A stretch of DNA of 64,000 nt. Source: a virus (taxonomy: Duplodnaviria; Heunggongvirae; Uroviricota; Caudoviricetes). Shown here piece after piece: positions 59,280-64,000 of this stretch. Location of the stretch: the IMG/VR virus record IMGVR_UViG_3300031088_000799; one strand, given 5' to 3'. Within the stretch, counting starts at the first letter, position 1; every line of letters starts with the position of its first letter. The notes under the pieces were generated by a model. That model was not told where the DNA came from and searched no databases. It saw nothing but the letters and a program-made list of their open reading frames with translations. A program made the position numbers and the translations under genes.

Positions 59280-60884
59280 TTACATTTCTTTTTTATTCAA
59301 ATATACATATTTAACAGGTTCTGTAGGTCGATATAATAATTTCAATGAGCTGAAACTATAACCACGTTCATGATTTAAATAATTTTTTTTGTCCAAAACA
59401 AAATCATTATAACCAAACACCATTGCTTCACCAGAGGTTTGATTTATTATGTAACGATATTTATAAAATTCTGGGAATTTTTTTAAATCATTCATAATTC
59501 TCAGCTTAATGATATCAGGAAGCTCTAAAAATTCACCTTTCATAATGATAAAGGTTTTTGATTGCTTAATTATATGCCGCATAAAATAGGTATCTCTATA
59601 AAAATCTTGTACTCCATAGATTACATTAATTGAATTTAAAGGTGTCTTAACTAAATGCTCAGCTAGTCTATTTGAAATAACAGTAGGAATATCATCAATA
59701 ATAATCGTTTGAGTATTTTCTCTATGTTCAAAATCTTTAATAACTTTATTTATATTTAACATTATTAAGTTAATTAGAGGCTCAGAAAAAGCCCAACCCA
59801 TTTTCTCTACTGCTGGAAATAATACGAATAATATTTTTTTCTGATAAAATGCTTTCTCTAAATTAATTTCTGGATGAATACTGAAAATATCTTTATAAAC
59901 ATTTAAACTTTCCATTGTTTGGAAAGCTATGTCACAATTTAATACATGAGCTTTTAACTGATTATCACTAACATCATCTAAGGTGTTCAAATAATCATCA
60001 ATATAAGGTCGAGCACAAGAAAAAAGTGGATCATCTCTAAAATTTTGAATATTTTTAAGAATCAAAAATGATTCAATATTTTCAATAGATACCAATCCAT
60101 TTTGTGATTTTACACACTTTGAAAACTCATGTAATAGTACACCAATTTTATCACCAAACAAAATTTTGAATGATTGTTCATCTCCAATTAACGGATTAAT
60201 TGGATCTATTGTATGAGAAATCTTAGTAGAAATTTCATGATGAGTATTTGAATTAAACAAATTCAAAAAATAGAAATCGTCTAACCTATTATGCTGTTTT
60301 GCTATACTAAACAGTTGCGTATAAATGGACGTATCTCCTTTTCCATCAATATACATTAAACCTTCACCATTCTCAACATATTGATGCGATAATCCAACAA
60401 AAGATGCAGTTTTACCAGACCCCGTAGATCCAGAACAAATTGCAGGATAGCTAGTTAAAGCCCATTGCTTTGATTTATTTAAAAATTTTTCTCTAATTGA
60501 ATAAAATTCTTTTGGTAAGAAATTACCTAAAGTAATAGGAATATGTTGTTTATCTTTGACGATTTTATAATTTTCTGTTCTGATAGGTTTTGGGTGAAAG
60601 AGAAAAGGAAGATCTCTCTCAAATAAATCGATATTATCTAACAAATTTTCTATTTCTTTTTTTCTGTCAACAGATGGATTGTTGTCTTGAATACCATCAC
60701 GTTTTTTTAATTCTTTTTCAAAAATATTCCAATTAGGATAACCATTAATATTGGCTATATGTTCTTTGGCGTGACTAAGATTGTTGATTGTTAAAGTAAA
60801 AGGTGGTGTATCGTTACTTTCATTTTTTTTGGCTAATTTTAATAAACGTGCAGCCTCACGCTTAGCTTGATCTAGCTGACTCAT
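59280..60884 (-). CDS. DotL/IcmO-like (TraD/TrwB family) P-loop ATPase with N-terminal Glyoxalase_8-like domain
   Basis: SGSTGSGKT, YIDGKGD, FYFLNLF, SHTIDP; N-terminal AKREAARLLK..AKEHIANINGYPNW. Confidence 0.6.
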   Translation of the reverse strand: MSQLDQAKREAARLLKLAKKNESNDTPPFTLTINNLSHAKEHIANINGYPNWNIFEKELKKRDGIQDNNPSVDRKKEIENLLDNIDLFERDLPFLFHPKPIRTENYKIVKDKQHIPITLGNFLPKEFYSIREKFLNKSKQWALTSYPAICSGSTGSGKTASFVGLSHQYVENGEGLMYIDGKGDTSIYTQLFSIAKQHNRLDDFYFLNLFNSNTHHEISTKISHTIDPINPLIGDEQSFKILFGDKIGVLLHEFSKCVKSQNGLVSIENIESFLILKNIQNFRDDPLFSCARPYIDDYLNTLDDVSDNQLKAHVLNCDIAFQTMESLNVYKDIFSIHPEINLEKAFYQKKILFVLFPAVEKMGWAFSEPLINLIMLNINKVIKDFEHRENTQTIIIDDIPTVISNRLAEHLVKTPLNSINVIYGVQDFYRDTYFMRHIIKQSKTFIIMKGEFLELPDIIKLRIMNDLKKFPEFYKYRYIINQTSGEAMVFGYNDFVLDKKNYLNHERGYSFSSLKLLYRPTEPVKYVYLNKKEM

Positions 60885-61029
60885 GATAATTTCTCCTTAA
60901 CTTAGAGCACTTTGTTATTTATTTGTTTAATTAAATGTAATGCTACTTGTCCAGTAAGACTTCACCAGTGTGCTCAGTAAGGCAGTATTTGTCCTACTAC
61001 CATTAAATCATTGATTCATTAATTGTCAA
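60885..61029 (-). promoter_or_regulatory. Promoter plus candidate structured 5' leader
   Basis: TTGACA-16-TTTAAT (TGn); leader with TAGTAGGAC/GTCTTACTG stem and duplicated CTTACTG and GGACAA. Confidence 0.45.
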
Positions 61030-61057
61030 AAATGCAGCTAAAAAATAAACATGCACA

Positions 61058-61654
61058 TTATTTTAATATGTACATAATATTTTGTTTTATTTCGCCAGTG
61101 GATGGAGTGAATCCATAAATGAGATAAGCTCTTTTTTTCTCATTAGGAGCCAGTTTGATATAATCAAGAATCGGTTTCCCCATTTCAACAGGTTGCAATG
61201 AAAAGTAATCTAATTTTTTACCTGCCGGAATAGGATACTCTAAGTACCTAACCTTAGTAAGATCTAATTTAGTATCATTAACGATTTTTTCAGTGCCTTC
61301 TCCATACTCATTGATACATGTTTTTTTAACTGAGCTTTCTGCATGAATAGAATTAATGTCTTTTTCTACGAGACAATAAACAAATTTAGATGAATACATA
61401 TAATCAGAGTCATGTTCTTTATCACGTTTAACTGTAGTAATAGTAACATTATCTGATATAGGACTTGGATTAACAGTGAAAACAAATGTCTGAACCCTGT
61501 CAGTAGGTGATACATAGACCATTGGCTTTTCTGAATAGAAAGCAGATGTTGATTCTAATGGTTCTGCCATTAAACTTTGCAAAGGTAACAACAAAAAGGC
61601 TGTTAGAATAGACGTTTTCATCATATGCACTCCTAGTATAGTTTCATAAATCAT
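61058..61654 (-). CDS. Hypothetical exported protein (start probably MMKT)
   Basis: Signal peptide; AGGAG before internal ATG. Confidence 0.7.
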   Translation of the reverse strand: MIYETILGVHMMKTSILTAFLLLPLQSLMAEPLESTSAFYSEKPMVYVSPTDRVQTFVFTVNPSPISDNVTITTVKRDKEHDSDYMYSSKFVYCLVEKDINSIHAESSVKKTCINEYGEGTEKIVNDTKLDLTKVRYLEYPIPAGKKLDYFSLQPVEMGKPILDYIKLAPNEKKRAYLIYGFTPSTGEIKQNIMYILK

Positions 61655-61742
61655 AACATAGGTTAAAAAAATTACAAGAATTGGCCTATCTTAGAGGTTT
61701 TTATTAAAAATTCAATAGATTTTTTTTTTATAATATGATTTA

Positions 61743-62558
61743 ATGAAAAGGATAATGAGGTCGCCTATGAATAATATTTTTAAAACCAATTTTAATATAG
61801 ACAACTTAATCAATTTTATTGATAAAAGTGTGCCTATGTTTTCTAACGATCCTATTATTAACAAAGGTACAGAAGGAATTAAAGAGTATGAATTTTATGA
61901 TATTAAATCACCATCCAATTTAAATCATTCAGTAATGAATATAAGGGTTTATTTAAATACTCGAAAAATATATTTTATTGGTAGAGATCAAACTGAGCTT
62001 TTAAAACTATTTAACCATTTTAATATAAACAAAATGGAAGAAGCTGATCTTTTTTCTATTACTAACACAATTAATAAAATTGGAGAAAAATATTGCATTT
62101 ATAATAAAGATAAAAATAAAAAACATGAAAAAAGAATAAAGCGTTTATTAAAAAATAGAAAAGAAGTCGTGCCAAAAGAATTCTTTAAAACAGTATATGA
62201 TATTGTAGGCGTATCAGGTAATAACGCATGGAGTAAACATGGACCAACCTATATTACACGACAATATTATATAATGGATGACAATAGTTTATCAGAATGG
62301 TATATCGTCAACTACCCCATTAGCCACAATTTTAAAGTGATTGTAAATGTAGCAAGGATCAATGAAAAATTGCATATTGCAGTTTCTTTTAAAGAAGGCG
62401 ATGATCTGATTAGGGTAAAGAACTTAAAAGAATTAGAAAAAATTATTGATGAAAAGTTTTTAACTATTTATCTATACCTTATGAAAAAACATTTTAAAAA
62501 TGAAATAAAAGAGTTTAATCAAGATGACATAACATTATTAAGGATGCTTAAAATATGA
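61743..62558 (+). CDS. Hypothetical protein, MxxI end (start probably MNNI)
   Basis: GAGG before internal ATG; ends ITLLRMLKI. Confidence 0.75.
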   Translation: MKRIMRSPMNNIFKTNFNIDNLINFIDKSVPMFSNDPIINKGTEGIKEYEFYDIKSPSNLNHSVMNIRVYLNTRKIYFIGRDQTELLKLFNHFNINKMEEADLFSITNTINKIGEKYCIYNKDKNKKHEKRIKRLLKNRKEVVPKEFFKTVYDIVGVSGNNAWSKHGPTYITRQYYIMDDNSLSEWYIVNYPISHNFKVIVNVARINEKLHIAVSFKEGDDLIRVKNLKELEKIIDEKFLTIYLYLMKKHFKNEIKEFNQDDITLLRMLKI

Positions 62559-62989
62559 AAGAATTAACAACTATAAATCCAAGATTAGAAAACGAAATCA
62601 TAGAACTAACTGAAGAAGGTAATATCTACCATGAGTCTAACCTGTATACCATTGCTATTGATACCTATCATGATGCATGGAATAAATTACCAGATGATAA
62701 ACAATGGAATTTTTTAACATATTGGATTGCTGGCTGTTTATTTCAAGTTTATTTTGATATACAAGAATATAAGACAGCTAAAGAATGGATTAAAATATCT
62801 ATTAAAGGTCAAACATCAAAAATAGATACAGGTGGTTTTATGGACTTAGGCATGGTTTGTTATGAACTCAATCAATTGGATGAAGCCTATCAAGCGTTTG
62901 ATGGAGCATTTAAACTTGGAAATAAAAGACCATTTCAAGAACATCCTAAGAAATATTTAACGTTTTATCTCGAACAAAAAGAAAAATAA
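62555..62989 (+). CDS. TPR-like helical protein
   Basis: LGMVCYELNQLDEAYQAF TPR-like helix; coupled to upstream stop. Confidence 0.6.
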   Translation: MKELTTINPRLENEIIELTEEGNIYHESNLYTIAIDTYHDAWNKLPDDKQWNFLTYWIAGCLFQVYFDIQEYKTAKEWIKISIKGQTSKIDTGGFMDLGMVCYELNQLDEAYQAFDGAFKLGNKRPFQEHPKKYLTFYLEQKEK

Positions 62990-62993
62990 CTGT

Positions 62994-63995
62994 TTAGATT
63001 TCATACATAGAAAGTAAAAGTAAAGTATCATCATTTAATGGCAACGTATCATCTATACCTAGTTTTTCCAATGTCGCATAGGTTTGTATAGAAGGATAAT
63101 AGGCACGACAATAGTTAATACGTTTATTGTAAACTTTTAAAAAGTTTTCTTTATATTGAAACATATCATTATCATCGAAAACAACTGATTTTTGTAAAAT
63201 ATGGCCTTTGCTGTAAGTGAATTCAAAAAATTTATTGGATTCAACAGCAGTGATTTTACGATCTTTCATATTATCGTTATCAAGATCAATAAAATCTTCA
63301 ACCAGTAACCTATAATTCAAGCCTTCTTTTATTAATAAGCAGGCATTATAGTTATGTTTCAATATTCTAACTTTCCGAGTGTCTATCATATTTCCATATT
63401 CATTCATCTTATCTTTTAAACAAGCAATTGAACTAAAATCACTAAAGCGACCAACTTCAAATAATTGATCATTTACCAAATAAAAATGTGCCCGACTAAC
63501 AGGTTTTTTTGAGGCTGATAATAAGCAAAATGTAACTTTATTTATATTTTTGATTACTGATTTTTTAACAATGGACACTTCTGGATAATAGATGTCATTG
63601 TAATATTGAATAGATGGAGCTTTCGGATCTAAAACACCACCTAAAAACATATTTAAAACATTAGGATGATTGGTAAAAATAGCCGTATATCGATTGCGTA
63701 AATAGGGAAATGTTCGTCTATCAAATCTAAAAAAGATATTGTCAGCCAATTGATCCAGCACAAACTGATGATTGGAAACTGATTCATCTGTTTTTTGTGT
63801 ACAATAGTTCATTGTGCTGCTGCTGCCTCTATCTTTAATGGTAACAAACATATAACCATCTTTAATGTCAATTTCTGCAAAAAGACCATTATGAGCTTCT
63901 GCAGTAAATATAGTATCCGTAATTTTCTTTACTCGAATTAATTCAGGAACTGATAATATATTTTTATTAAAGATAGATTTAAAAAAATTGATCAT
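62994..63995 (-). CDS. Hypothetical protein, MxxI end
   Basis: 333 aa ending LLLLSMYEI. Confidence 0.75.
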   Translation of the reverse strand: MINFFKSIFNKNILSVPELIRVKKITDTIFTAEAHNGLFAEIDIKDGYMFVTIKDRGSSSTMNYCTQKTDESVSNHQFVLDQLADNIFFRFDRRTFPYLRNRYTAIFTNHPNVLNMFLGGVLDPKAPSIQYYNDIYYPEVSIVKKSVIKNINKVTFCLLSASKKPVSRAHFYLVNDQLFEVGRFSDFSSIACLKDKMNEYGNMIDTRKVRILKHNYNACLLIKEGLNYRLLVEDFIDLDNDNMKDRKITAVESNKFFEFTYSKGHILQKSVVFDDNDMFQYKENFLKVYNKRINYCRAYYPSIQTYATLEKLGIDDTLPLNDDTLLLLSMYEI

Positions 63996-64000
63996 AATAT

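Noticed and set aside
1-64000. Stop-codon reassignment as seen in some huge phages
   Set aside because: DnaK, GltX and the other conserved genes are full length under code 11 with high coding density, and reading through the NADAR TAG does not reach the DUF4326 frame.

Overview
An AT-rich, densely coding 64-kb segment of what looks like a very large extrachromosomal element (jumbo phage or megaplasmid) of a gammaproteobacterial host. I see no virion, replication, rRNA, tRNA or CRISPR genes, so phage versus plasmid cannot be settled here. Most genes are short units with their own sigma70-like promoter and hairpin terminator. Recognisable products: DnaK, GltX, a DsbA-family oxidoreductase, a Spy/CpxP-like chaperone, CYTH, NUDIX, NADAR, ADP-ribosylglycohydrolase, three DEDDh exonucleases, two T7-gp0.7-like kinases, two DUF4343-type ATP-grasp proteins, two MoxR-AAA/vWA-peptidase modules, a DotL/IcmO-like ATPase, PilZ, Bfd and an IS200/IS605 tnpB remnant. 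Main unexplained signals: (1) about 20 otherwise dissimilar proteins end in one shared motif, hydrophobic-x-x-M-x-x-I-stop, while a non-overlapping set ends in Lys-rich tails, suggesting a C-terminal sorting code; (2) two promoter-to-terminator non-coding units (11.55 and 12.32 kb) are each built of two hairpin modules carrying an invariant GGTTCCTTCTAA; (3) NADAR and a start-less DUF4326 frame are joined by a -1 shift at an A9 / A_AAA_AAG site; (4) further structured RNA candidates, and four tandem promoters with 90-bp periodicity upstream of a GC-richer MoxR-vWA operon. All family assignments are motif recognition by eye, not database results.
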